The notes under the pieces were generated by a model. It searched no databases. It was not told the origin of the DNA and was given only the letters and a program-made list of their open reading frames with translations. 64,000 nt of DNA, taken from NCBI GenBank assembly GCA_945861965.1, contig CAMAWM010000008.1, positions 6,353 through 70,352 of the forward strand, written 5' to 3'. This DNA comes from Chitinophaga pinensis. GTDB taxonomy: Bacteria; Bacteroidota; Bacteroidia; UKL13-3. The position numbers were made by a program, and so were the translations under genes. This document shows positions 18,508-27,691 of the stretch, piece after piece (position 1 is the first letter of the stretch; each line of letters starts with the position of its first letter).

Positions 18508-19950
18508 ATGTCTATAAATATCATACTTTATTCGGTAATTGCTTATTTCGGATTGCTGCTTTTAATAGCGTGGTACACTTCGCGCAATGCCGATACCAAT
18601 TCGTATTTTAAAGGCAACAAACAATCGCCTTGGTTTATTGTAGCTTTTGGATTAATTGGCGATTCGCTTTCGGGAGTTACATTTATTTCTGTTCCGGGCG
18701 ATGTGGGTAAAAATGATTTCAGCTATTTGCAAATGGTATTGGGTTATGTGATTGGTTATTTGGTGATAGCTCAAGTTTTGTTGCCACTTTATTACCGACT
18801 AAATTTAACATCGATTTACAGTTATTTGGGACAGCGCTTCGGAAAATTATCACAAAAAAGCGGTTCGTTTTTCTTTTTACTTTCAAGGCTGGTTGGTGCT
18901 GCGTTTCGTTTATACATTGCGCTGATTGTTTTGGATATTTATTTTTTCAAAGCATTTAATATTCCATTTGCTCTTTCTGCAAGTATTGTCATTGCATTAA
19001 TTTTGCTTTACACATACAAAGGCGGTATAAAAACATTGGTGTGGACCGATACCTTACAATCTTGTTTTTTATTGCTGGGCGTTTTTATGTCCCTTTATGT
19101 AATATCAAGTGAATTGAATTTTAGTTTTTCGGACATGATAACTGCTGTCAAAGAAAGTCCACACAGTCGCGTTTTCTTTTTTGATGATTGGCTAAGCAAA
19201 AACAATTTCTTTAAACAGTTTTTGGGCGGAATGTTTATCGCAATAGTAATGACCGGACTTGACCAAAACATGATGCAAAAAAATCTGAGTTGTCGAACAT
19301 TGGCTGATGCACAAAAAAATATTCGTTGGTTTAGTATCGTAGTTGTATTAATCAATTTGCTTTTTCTATCGCTTGGCGCATTGTTGTACATTTATGCTCA
19401 ATCAAAAAACATTTCGCTTCCAACAAAAACCGATCAATTATTTCCGTTAATTGCATTGAATTATATTGGTGGAATTGGTGCAATATTTTTTATTCTTGGC
19501 ATTACAGCTGCAACATTTAGCAGTGCCGATAGCGTGCTTACAACACTTACAACTTCATTTTGCATCGATTTTTTAAATTACGATGAGAAACACGAAAGCC
19601 AAAAATCAAAACGCAAACGCCAACTCATTCACGTTTCGTTTGCTTTATTGCTTTTAGTAATTATTCTAATTTTTAAAGAGTGGAACAATGAATCTATAAT
19701 TGGTCAAGTGTTTAAATTTGCAGGATTTACATACGGGCCACTTTTGGGTTTATTTGCTTTCGGATTGTTTAATAAATCAAAAGTAAACGACCGATTGGTT
19801 CCATTGGTTTGTTGCGTTTCGCCTATCGTTTGTTTTGTAATCGATGCTAATTCTAAAGCGTGGTTTGGCGGTTTGGAATTTGGAAATTCTATGCTGATTT
19901 TAAATGGCCTAATAACTTTTGCAGGACTTTGGTTTATTAGTAAAAAATAA
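18508..19950 (+). CDS. Sodium:solute symporter (SSS family)
   Basis: SLSGVTFISVPG, GGIKTLVWTD, TGLDQNMMQK, AATFSSADS, YGPLLGLF. Start set at ATG 18508 just after a -7 box. Confidence 0.92.
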   Translation: MSINIILYSVIAYFGLLLLIAWYTSRNADTNSYFKGNKQSPWFIVAFGLIGDSLSGVTFISVPGDVGKNDFSYLQMVLGYVIGYLVIAQVLLPLYYRLNLTSIYSYLGQRFGKLSQKSGSFFFLLSRLVGAAFRLYIALIVLDIYFFKAFNIPFALSASIVIALILLYTYKGGIKTLVWTDTLQSCFLLLGVFMSLYVISSELNFSFSDMITAVKESPHSRVFFFDDWLSKNNFFKQFLGGMFIAIVMTGLDQNMMQKNLSCRTLADAQKNIRWFSIVVVLINLLFLSLGALLYIYAQSKNISLPTKTDQLFPLIALNYIGGIGAIFFILGITAATFSSADSVLTTLTTSFCIDFLNYDEKHESQKSKRKRQLIHVSFALLLLVIILIFKEWNNESIIGQVFKFAGFTYGPLLGLFAFGLFNKSKVNDRLVPLVCCVSPIVCFVIDANSKAWFGGLEFGNSMLILNGLITFAGLWFISKK

Positions 19951-19963
19951 AAGCAAAGTTTTG

Positions 19964-20881
19964 TTAAACTCTTGCAACAACTCTTTGGTTGCTTGTTTTC
20001 CAAACTGTTTTTAGCAACAAATCTAAACCACTTACAAATGCCGTAAGAGGAATGTTGTTCAAACTCCAAAACTTTGAGAAAGGAATTTTTTTATCAAAAA
20101 ACAAATGATGCATGCTTTGAACCCAAAACGCAGGACTCAATAAAAACTCTTGTCGTACAATTGCAAATCCCTGTTTTTCTAAATGCATTTGCAAAGTTTT
20201 GTCTGAATAGATATTAAAGTGACGCGGTATATGATATCCACCCCAATATTTATTTTTGAAAATCTGATGATCCAGTGAATCAAAATTTGGGGTTTCAATG
20301 ATAACAATGCCACCGTGATTTAAAATTTCTTTGCACTTTATCAAAATCGCATCTGGATTGTACAAATGCTCAATTAATTGATTCATGATAATGCAATCGT
20401 ATTTTTTTTCGAACGCAATGGTTTCAAAATTTCCAAGTTTAAAATGAATGCCTTTTCCTTTTAATCTTTCCAGTCTTTTTTCTTCAAATTCATTGGCTGT
20501 CAAATCCCAAGTTTCGGGACCAAAACGTTTGAGCGATTCAATTAAAATCCCACTTCCACTTCCTATTTCAATAATATTTGCTTTTGCAGGAATGTATTTT
20601 TTGTAATCATTTACTTTGCTCATCTGCACCTTATCGCGCATAAATTTAACCACAGGATTCAACGCAGATTCAAATTGATAGGGCTGATAATTATCCGGAT
20701 AAATTACTGGCAACTCTTGTACATCAGGAACATTTTTTAAAAACAAATGTCCACATTCATCACAATTTACATAATGAAAATCAAGAGTTGATGTCTCGTA
20801 TTCGTAATCTGTACCTGTTGTGTGAAGCGAATTTTTTTTTGAGCCACAGATATTACAACTTTCAATTTCTACTAGTTTCAT
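19964..20881 (-). CDS. Class I SAM-dependent methyltransferase with N-terminal Zn-ribbon
   Basis: CNICG...CDECG, IIEIGSGSG, MNQLIEH, IETPN, PRHF. Confidence 0.85.
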   Translation of the reverse strand: MKLVEIESCNICGSKKNSLHTTGTDYEYETSTLDFHYVNCDECGHLFLKNVPDVQELPVIYPDNYQPYQFESALNPVVKFMRDKVQMSKVNDYKKYIPAKANIIEIGSGSGILIESLKRFGPETWDLTANEFEEKRLERLKGKGIHFKLGNFETIAFEKKYDCIIMNQLIEHLYNPDAILIKCKEILNHGGIVIIETPNFDSLDHQIFKNKYWGGYHIPRHFNIYSDKTLQMHLEKQGFAIVRQEFLLSPAFWVQSMHHLFFDKKIPFSKFWSLNNIPLTAFVSGLDLLLKTVWKTSNQRVVARV

Positions 20882-20915
20882 TCAAGGCAATGATACTGAT
20901 TTTGGAATTATTAAG

Positions 20916-21860
20916 TTAGCGCTTTGGAGTATTTAATATTGGCAGCGCCTTAAAAAAATTCTTTATGTGATTAAAGTACGAATTGCGAGTGTGAGTTGAA
21001 TAGTTGTATTCGTTTTGTTGCATCAGTATTTTTAATTTTGGTAAATTGTAATAGGGGATATACATGTATTCGTGATGCTCGTAATGAAAATTCATGTTGT
21101 GAGGCGACACGATAAATAACTCTAAAAATGGTCCATCAAAAGTAAACAATCGGTTTGATGGGCTGTTGTCAGGTTCCATAATACTGTGCTCCGCAAAACT
21201 ACGAATTGTGTTTAACGGAACCATCACACCAAAAACCGCAAATCCCCAAATTATAAAATAATACAGCCATCCAAGTGTAAAATAAAAAATGCTGAAAACA
21301 ATTAATTGACTTACTAAAATAGCAAACACATCTTCGGCCAAACCTTCGGGAGTTGATGCTGGCATTTCTTTTTCTTTGATATCTGTTTTTACAATTCCAA
21401 AAAGTTTAAATGCGATTTTAAAAACAAATCCAAATCCAAAAACCATCAATACCCAAGTGTAAAATTTGCTGCGCGTGTCTTTGTCGCTTGCTTTGTAGTA
21501 TTGCCAATCTTTGTCCTCCATGCTCGAAAATTTTCCGTGATGATTCAAATGGTTTTTTCTGTTCAAACTCATCGGGGTAAATTGTATTGCGAGCAAAATA
21601 TATCTCGTAATAAAATCGTTGATTTTTTTATTTTCATTGATTGCAAAATGCAATCCATCGTGCGCAATAATTTGCAAGCGATAAATAAAAATTCCTGAAA
21701 TAATAATTGACAATATCAAAACATACACATTCTGAAAATATGCATAAGCAACTATGCTGAGCACAATGGCAGCATAATCTACCAACAAATCTTTAATCGG
21801 AATTATAGGATTGCGTTCCTTTAATTCTTGCGGCAATGCTATGCGTTTGGATTCATTCAC
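20916..21860 (-). CDS. Membrane fatty acid desaturase/hydroxylase family protein
   Basis: Three His boxes (HDGLH, HLNHH, HYEHH) plus EH and P-YNLP motifs; TM helices. Confidence 0.88.
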   Translation of the reverse strand: MNESKRIALPQELKERNPIIPIKDLLVDYAAIVLSIVAYAYFQNVYVLILSIIISGIFIYRLQIIAHDGLHFAINENKKINDFITRYILLAIQFTPMSLNRKNHLNHHGKFSSMEDKDWQYYKASDKDTRSKFYTWVLMVFGFGFVFKIAFKLFGIVKTDIKEKEMPASTPEGLAEDVFAILVSQLIVFSIFYFTLGWLYYFIIWGFAVFGVMVPLNTIRSFAEHSIMEPDNSPSNRLFTFDGPFLELFIVSPHNMNFHYEHHEYMYIPYYNLPKLKILMQQNEYNYSTHTRNSYFNHIKNFFKALPILNTPKR

Positions 21861-21899
21861 GTTTCAAAAATAAGCTATCGAGTTTTCAATTCAAATTTT

Positions 21900-22472
21900 T
21901 TATCTGAACCATATTTCAGCCATTGTCAAAGTATAATTGACAAAAGCGTTTAATCCAATTTCATACTCACCGGTTTCTGTAAAATTTCCGTCTTCGTCTA
22001 ACATGTTATTGGTAAAATGCGATTCGAAAATCTTGGCCGAAACTACAGAATGACTTTGCGTATAGCCAATAATTTTATTGGAAATTTGCATCAAATGAAG
22101 GCAGGGCGCTTTCCCACCTTTGCCACTGCTAACGCCTACAAACGCAAAAATTTTATTGTTAAACAATTTTTTGAATTCTGCCTCTCCAAAAATATCAAAC
22201 ATGTTTAAAAGTTCCGGTGTAATGCTCCAATTGTATTCGGGCGAAACCATAATAATGATATTCGACTCTGAAAGATTTTCAATTAAGTTTTTTTGAAAAT
22301 CGCTTAATTTATTTTTATTCAATCCGCCTTGTGCCATTAATGGAATGTCGTAAGTGCGAAAATCTATTATGCTTGCTGTATGCTTTTTTTCAAGCAGTTT
22401 GAGTAATGCTTTAGCTACACGAATCGAATTGTTGTTTTCTCTTGCCGATCCTGAAATTATGGTTGCTCTCAT
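21900..22472 (-). CDS. NADPH-dependent FMN reductase
   Basis: ISGSARENNNS, SPEYNWS, GVSSGKGG flavodoxin-like fold motifs. Confidence 0.85.
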   Translation of the reverse strand: MRATIISGSARENNNSIRVAKALLKLLEKKHTASIIDFRTYDIPLMAQGGLNKNKLSDFQKNLIENLSESNIIIMVSPEYNWSITPELLNMFDIFGEAEFKKLFNNKIFAFVGVSSGKGGKAPCLHLMQISNKIIGYTQSHSVVSAKIFESHFTNNMLDEDGNFTETGEYEIGLNAFVNYTLTMAEIWFR

Positions 22473-23371
22473 ACGTAATATTTTTTAACAAAACGATACA
22501 AATTAAAGTTTTCGTTTTGCATTTCTTCTTTTATTTTTTGTTCTAAATCTGTAATCACAATATTTTTTGTTCTCTGATTTTTAATTGCCATCAAAGCTTT
22601 TTCAGCCAACAAAAAACTTTTTTTATTGCTTCTATTTTGATATGCAACATGTTTGCAAATTGCATCAAACAATTCGGGCATTCCATCGTATGTAGTTGCA
22701 ATAGTTTTTATCACTTGCGTTTCCCAATCTAGCTTCGAATTGCTGTGAGCTAGTGCACATAAATTTTTATAAAAAATGTCTGCGCCATCTCTATCTGATT
22801 TGTTCAACACAAACACATCTGCAATTTCCATCACACCACTTTTTAGCGTTTGAATTTCATCACCAGCTTCGGGTACCAATACCAAAACAGTGGTATCGGC
22901 AAGCGCTGCAATCTCCACTTCACTTTGCCCTACACCAACCGTTTCTATTAACACAAAATCAAAATCTGCTGATTTTAAAATATCTGCCACTTCAAAAATT
23001 TTTGGCGCAAGACCACCCAAACTTCCTCGCGTTGCCATGCTGCGAATAAAAATATCGGGATGCAAAAAATGTTCGCTCATTCGCAATCTGTCGCCCATTA
23101 ATGCGCCCTGATTAAATGGCGAACTTGGATCGATTGCAATTATTGCAACTTTCTTTTTTTGATCAATTAAATATTTTGTGAACGCATTTATTAGAGTGCT
23201 TTTTCCAGCTCCAGGTGGGCCTGTAATGCCAATAATGGGGACATATTTTTTAATTTGTAATTGCTCTAAAATTTCTTCGTATCCATCTGTTTCGTTTTCT
23301 ACAAATGAAATGATACGCGCCAATGCTCGCCTATCGCCTTGTTGACTATTTTTTAAATTTTCGTTTTGCAT
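22469..23371 (-). CDS. meaB: Methylmalonyl-CoA mutase-associated GTPase MeaB/ArgK
   Basis: GITGPPGAGKST, DPSSP, GDRLRM, RGSLGG, ETVGVGQSE, NKSD. Confidence 0.93.
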   Translation of the reverse strand: MQNENLKNSQQGDRRALARIISFVENETDGYEEILEQLQIKKYVPIIGITGPPGAGKSTLINAFTKYLIDQKKKVAIIAIDPSSPFNQGALMGDRLRMSEHFLHPDIFIRSMATRGSLGGLAPKIFEVADILKSADFDFVLIETVGVGQSEVEIAALADTTVLVLVPEAGDEIQTLKSGVMEIADVFVLNKSDRDGADIFYKNLCALAHSNSKLDWETQVIKTIATTYDGMPELFDAICKHVAYQNRSNKKSFLLAEKALMAIKNQRTKNIVITDLEQKIKEEMQNENFNLYRFVKKYYV

Positions 23372-26062
23372 TTAATTGTCATAACTCAAATTTGGTCCAA
23401 GCCATTTCTCAACAAATTCAACCGTTTCGCCTTTGCGTTTTGCATAATCTTCAACTTGGTCTTTTTGAATTTTCCCCACAGCAAAATATTTGCTTTCGGC
23501 ATGAGAAAAATAAAAACCACTAACCGAAGCCGCTGGATACATTGCAAAGTTTTCGGTCAGTATTATTCCTGTTTCCGATTCAACATTTAGCAAATCAAAT
23601 AATTTTCTTTTTTCTGTATGATCTGGACAAGCAGGATAACCGGGAGCAGGACGAATTCCATCGTATTTTTCTTTGATGATTTCCTCCACGCTTATGTTTT
23701 CATTTTTGGCATACGCCCAATATTCTTTGCGAACCAACTCGTGCATTTTTTCGGCAAATGCTTCGGCTAATCTGTCGGCAATTGCTTTTATCATGATGCT
23801 TTGGTAATCGTCATGATCTTTTTCAAATGCATCCACCAAGGATTCAATTCCTATTCCTGCCGTTACCGCAAATCCGCCCATATAATCTTGAATTCCGCTG
23901 TCTTTTGCTGCAATAAAATCGCTCAGACATAAATAATTTTGATCGGATGCCTTTTCATTTTGTTGACGTAAAAAATGTAAAACAATTTCGAATTTCGGAT
24001 TTTCGATTTCGGATTTTATTTCAATGTCATCTCCAATTGAATTTGCTTCCCAAAAACCAATTACACCTTTTGCTTTCAATAATTTTTTGCTGATGACTTC
24101 GTCTAACATTTTATTCGCATCGTCAAACAATTTTTTTGACTCAATGCCAATTATTTGGTCATCAAAAATAGCTGGATATTTTCCGCTCAATTCCCATGTT
24201 TGAAAAAATGGAGTCCAATCAATGCTGCCTCTCAATTGCTCTAACGAAAAATCATCAAATACTTTTGTTCCTAAAAATATGGGTTTAACAATAGCATTAA
24301 ATTCTAATTTCATTTTGTGTTCTCTTGCTTTTTTAATCGACACAAAATTCTTGTCTTTTTTTCTATTTTTATAGTCAATACGAAACTGTTCGTAATCGGC
24401 TTTAAATTTTTTCTTGGTAGCGTCTCTTTGTGTTTTGCTGATTAAACTTTGCGCTACCGGAACACTTTTGCTAGCATCAAGTACGTGTACAACTGGTCCT
24501 GAATAATGGGGATCAATTTTTACCGATGTGTGCGCCCGCGAAGTTGTCGCTCCGCCAATGAGTAGCGGCAAGTCCATTCCCAATCTCTCCATTTCTTTTG
24601 CAACATGTACCATTTCGTCCAAGCTTGGTGTAATCAATCCGCTTAAACCGATAACGTCTACATTTTCTTCAATTGCTTTTGCTATAATTTTTTCGGCAGG
24701 TACCATAACGCCCATATCAATTATTTCAAAATTATTGCAAGCAAGAACAACGCCCACAATATTTTTTCCAATATCGTGCACATCGCCTTTTACTGTTGCC
24801 ATTAAAATGCGTCCTTGATTTGTGCTCATGTTTCCGCTTTTGCGTTTTTCTTCGTCCATAAAAGGCATCAGATAGGCGACTGCTTTTTTCATCACACGCG
24901 CACTTTTTACTACTTGCGGCAAAAACATTTTTCCCTGACCAAACAAATCGCCCACTATATTCATTCCGGCCATCAACGGACCTTCGATTACTTCCAAAGG
25001 TTTTGGAAATTTCTGTCTGGCTTCTTCGGTATCGGTATCTATAAATTCTACAATTCCTTTTACCAATGCGTGGCTCAATCTATCTTCAACAGTGCCTTTT
25101 CGCCATTCATCGTCTATAACTGCAACCTTGCCTTTTCCTTTCACACGTTCGGCAAGTTCCAATAATCTTTCTGTAGCATCATCTCTTCTATCGAGCAAAA
25201 CATCTTCAACATATTCCAACAATTCTTTGTCAATTTCATCGTACACTTCAAGCTGGCTTGGGTTTACAATTCCCATGTCCATTCCATGTTTTATGCCATG
25301 ATACAAAAATGCTGAGTGCATTGCTTCGCGCACTTTGTCGTTTCCGCGAAATGAGAACGAAACATTGGAAACGCCACCTGAAATTTTTGCTCCGGGCAAA
25401 TTTTCTTTAATCCATTTTGTACCCAAAAAGTAATCAAGCGCATTTCTACGATGCTCTTCCATGCCTGTTGCGACAGGAAAAATATTGGGGTCGAAAATAA
25501 TATCCCCTGCCGGAAAATGAACTTTTTCGGTAAGTATCCGATAGGCTCGTTCGGCAATTTCAATTCGTCTTTCGTAATTATCGGCTTGCCCTTTTTCATC
25601 AAACAACATGACAATAACTGCTGCACCAAATCGCTTAACAATTTTTGCTTGATGAATAAATTCTTCTTCACCACCTTTCATTGAAATAGAATTTACTATG
25701 CATTTGCCTTGAACACATTTCAACCCTGCATAAATAATTTCCCATTTGCTGCTGTCAATCATTACTGGAACTCGTGCAATATCTGGCTCTGATGCAATGA
25801 GGTTTAAAAATCTAACCATCGATTCTACGCCATCAATCATTCCTTCGTCCATATTTACATCAATGATTTGAGCACCGCCATCAACCTGCTCGCGAGCAAC
25901 AGAAAGTGCTTCGTCAAATTGATTTTCTCTAATTAATCGAAGAAATTTTTTTGATCCTGTAACATTGGTTCGTTCGCCAACATTTATAAAGTTTGAACCC
26001 TCGTAAATAACAAGTGGCTCAAGCCCCGAAAGTCGTAATGTATAATCTTTTGTTTCTGACAT
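23372..26062 (-). CDS. metH: B12-dependent methionine synthase: pterin-binding, cobalamin-binding and reactivation domains (no homocysteine-binding domain)
   Basis: [54 protein letters not shown]; 896 aa starting at the pterin domain. Confidence 0.95.
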   Translation of the reverse strand: MSETKDYTLRLSGLEPLVIYEGSNFINVGERTNVTGSKKFLRLIRENQFDEALSVAREQVDGGAQIIDVNMDEGMIDGVESMVRFLNLIASEPDIARVPVMIDSSKWEIIYAGLKCVQGKCIVNSISMKGGEEEFIHQAKIVKRFGAAVIVMLFDEKGQADNYERRIEIAERAYRILTEKVHFPAGDIIFDPNIFPVATGMEEHRRNALDYFLGTKWIKENLPGAKISGGVSNVSFSFRGNDKVREAMHSAFLYHGIKHGMDMGIVNPSQLEVYDEIDKELLEYVEDVLLDRRDDATERLLELAERVKGKGKVAVIDDEWRKGTVEDRLSHALVKGIVEFIDTDTEEARQKFPKPLEVIEGPLMAGMNIVGDLFGQGKMFLPQVVKSARVMKKAVAYLMPFMDEEKRKSGNMSTNQGRILMATVKGDVHDIGKNIVGVVLACNNFEIIDMGVMVPAEKIIAKAIEENVDVIGLSGLITPSLDEMVHVAKEMERLGMDLPLLIGGATTSRAHTSVKIDPHYSGPVVHVLDASKSVPVAQSLISKTQRDATKKKFKADYEQFRIDYKNRKKDKNFVSIKKAREHKMKLEFNAIVKPIFLGTKVFDDFSLEQLRGSIDWTPFFQTWELSGKYPAIFDDQIIGIESKKLFDDANKMLDEVISKKLLKAKGVIGFWEANSIGDDIEIKSEIENPKFEIVLHFLRQQNEKASDQNYLCLSDFIAAKDSGIQDYMGGFAVTAGIGIESLVDAFEKDHDDYQSIMIKAIADRLAEAFAEKMHELVRKEYWAYAKNENISVEEIIKEKYDGIRPAPGYPACPDHTEKRKLFDLLNVESETGIILTENFAMYPAASVSGFYFSHAESKYFAVGKIQKDQVEDYAKRKGETVEFVEKWLGPNLSYDN
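23985..24019. repeat. In-frame heptamer tandem repeat inside metH
   Basis: ATTTCGA ATTTCGG ATTTTCG ATTTCGG ATTTTAT, encoding [12 protein letters not shown]. Confidence 0.7.
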
Positions 26063-26208
26063 CGTTTTTACGCTAATCTATCTAATACCTAAAAGCTAGG
26101 CAGCTAAATCTAAAATTTTCCAAATCTAATAAAATCAAGCTAAAGTCTTTGAGAAAGGTAAGGATGTATTTGTTTTTTTCTTTACTTTTGAATAATAATC
26201 ACAGATTT

Positions 26209-26439
26209 ATGAAAAAATTTCTGCTTGTTTTTACTTTCCCTACAATTGTTTTTGGCGGAACTGGAAATTCTGGTTTAAACAGCGAACTGCTTTATATTTA
26301 CGGAGCTGTAATTGTATTTATATTAATCGTTTTAGGGATTGATAAATTAATCAAATTCGTCCGCGCTAAATTAAAAGAACGAAGTGAAAAACTTCAAGAA
26401 CAAAATCAGCAACAGGAAAATCCAGATTCAGAAATTTAA
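26209..26439 (+). CDS. Small hypothetical membrane protein (76 aa)
   Basis: MKKFLL signal-like start, one TM helix, charged/Gln-rich tail. Confidence 0.6.
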   Translation: MKKFLLVFTFPTIVFGGTGNSGLNSELLYIYGAVIVFILIVLGIDKLIKFVRAKLKERSEKLQEQNQQQENPDSEI

Positions 26440-26453
26440 AGAATCAAAAAGTA

Positions 26454-27569
26454 TTATTCCAATACTTTCTCAACTGGAACGTACGGAAGATTAAACGCAT
26501 CCGATACGCCTTTGTAAACTACTTTTCCGCTAACTACATTTAATCCAAGTTTCAACTCTTCGTTTTCTTTGCATGCTTTTTTCCAACCTTTGTTTGCCAA
26601 CTGCAAAGCATAGGGCAAAGTTGCGTTTGTAAGTGCAAGTGTCGATGTGTAAGGAACCGCTCCGGGCATGTTAGCCACACAGTAATGAATTATTCCATCA
26701 ATTACATAGGTTGGATCTTCGTGTGTGGTGGGTTTGCAAGTTTCAATACATCCACCTTGATCAACGGCAACGTCAACCAAAACCGTTCCTGGTTTCATAA
26801 TTTTGAGCATTTCGCGAGTAACCAAATGAGGGGCTTTTGCGCCAGGAATTAAAACAGCACCAACAACCAAATCAGCATGTTTCAAAGCTTCGCGAATATT
26901 GTATTCGTTTGAAAAAACAGTTTTAACATTGGCGGGTAAAATATCATCCAACTCGCGCAAGCGTGGAATTGAAATATCCATAATGGTAACATCTGCAGCC
27001 ATTCCAGCCGCCATTTTTGCAGCTTGTGTTCCAACAATTCCGCCACCTAAAATCAACACATTTGCAGGTTTCACTCCCGGAACTCCACCAAGCAAAATAC
27101 CTCTTCCGCCCATTGGTTTTTCTAAATATTTTGCGCCCTCTTGAATGCTCATTCGTCCAGCCACTTCACTCATTGGAACAAGCAAAGGTAGACTGCGATC
27201 TTTTTTCTCAACCGTTTCGTATGCAAGGCAAACCGCTTTGCTTTTTAGCATTGCTTTTGTTAGCGGTTCGTAGCTGGCAAAGTGAAAATAAGTGAACAAC
27301 AATTGCCCTTCTTTTATCAAAGGATATTCTACTTTTATCGGCTCTTTCACCTTAATAATCATGTCCGATTTTTTATATATTTCGGCAATGGTTTTTAAAA
27401 TTGAAGCACCTGCTTTTTTGTATTCCTCATCGCTAAATCCGCTTCCATTTCCGGCTGTGGATTGAACAAAAAGTTTGTGTCCAGCTTTGGTAAGTGCTGA
27501 TATGCCGGCAGGTGTTAAGCCCACTCGATTTTCGTTATTTTTAATTTCTTTCGGAACACCTATTATCAT
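26454..27569 (-). CDS. ald: Alanine dehydrogenase
   Basis: MIIGVPKEIKNNENRV, LFTYFH, PMSEVAGR, GGGIVG, DVAVDQGG, YCVANMPG. Start set at ATG 27569. Confidence 0.96.
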   Translation of the reverse strand: MIIGVPKEIKNNENRVGLTPAGISALTKAGHKLFVQSTAGNGSGFSDEEYKKAGASILKTIAEIYKKSDMIIKVKEPIKVEYPLIKEGQLLFTYFHFASYEPLTKAMLKSKAVCLAYETVEKKDRSLPLLVPMSEVAGRMSIQEGAKYLEKPMGGRGILLGGVPGVKPANVLILGGGIVGTQAAKMAAGMAADVTIMDISIPRLRELDDILPANVKTVFSNEYNIREALKHADLVVGAVLIPGAKAPHLVTREMLKIMKPGTVLVDVAVDQGGCIETCKPTTHEDPTYVIDGIIHYCVANMPGAVPYTSTLALTNATLPYALQLANKGWKKACKENEELKLGLNVVSGKVVYKGVSDAFNLPYVPVEKVLE

Positions 27570-27691
27570 GGTTGTTTTTATTTGATTTTGGGGCTGCAAA
27601 TTAGTTTTAAAATTTGAAATAGAAAATTGAGTTGTGGCAGGAAAATACTTTAGTTTAATATAATAAAAATAAAGGCACTTAAGAATTGCAA

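Noticed and set aside
23372..26062. metH as a truncated pseudogene
   Set aside because: Splitting off the homocysteine-binding domain is common in Bacteroidota, and the remaining three domains are intact.
26063..26208. SAM or cobalamin riboswitch upstream of metH
   Set aside because: No SAM-I/II core or B12-box motifs visible; the region is short and low-complexity.
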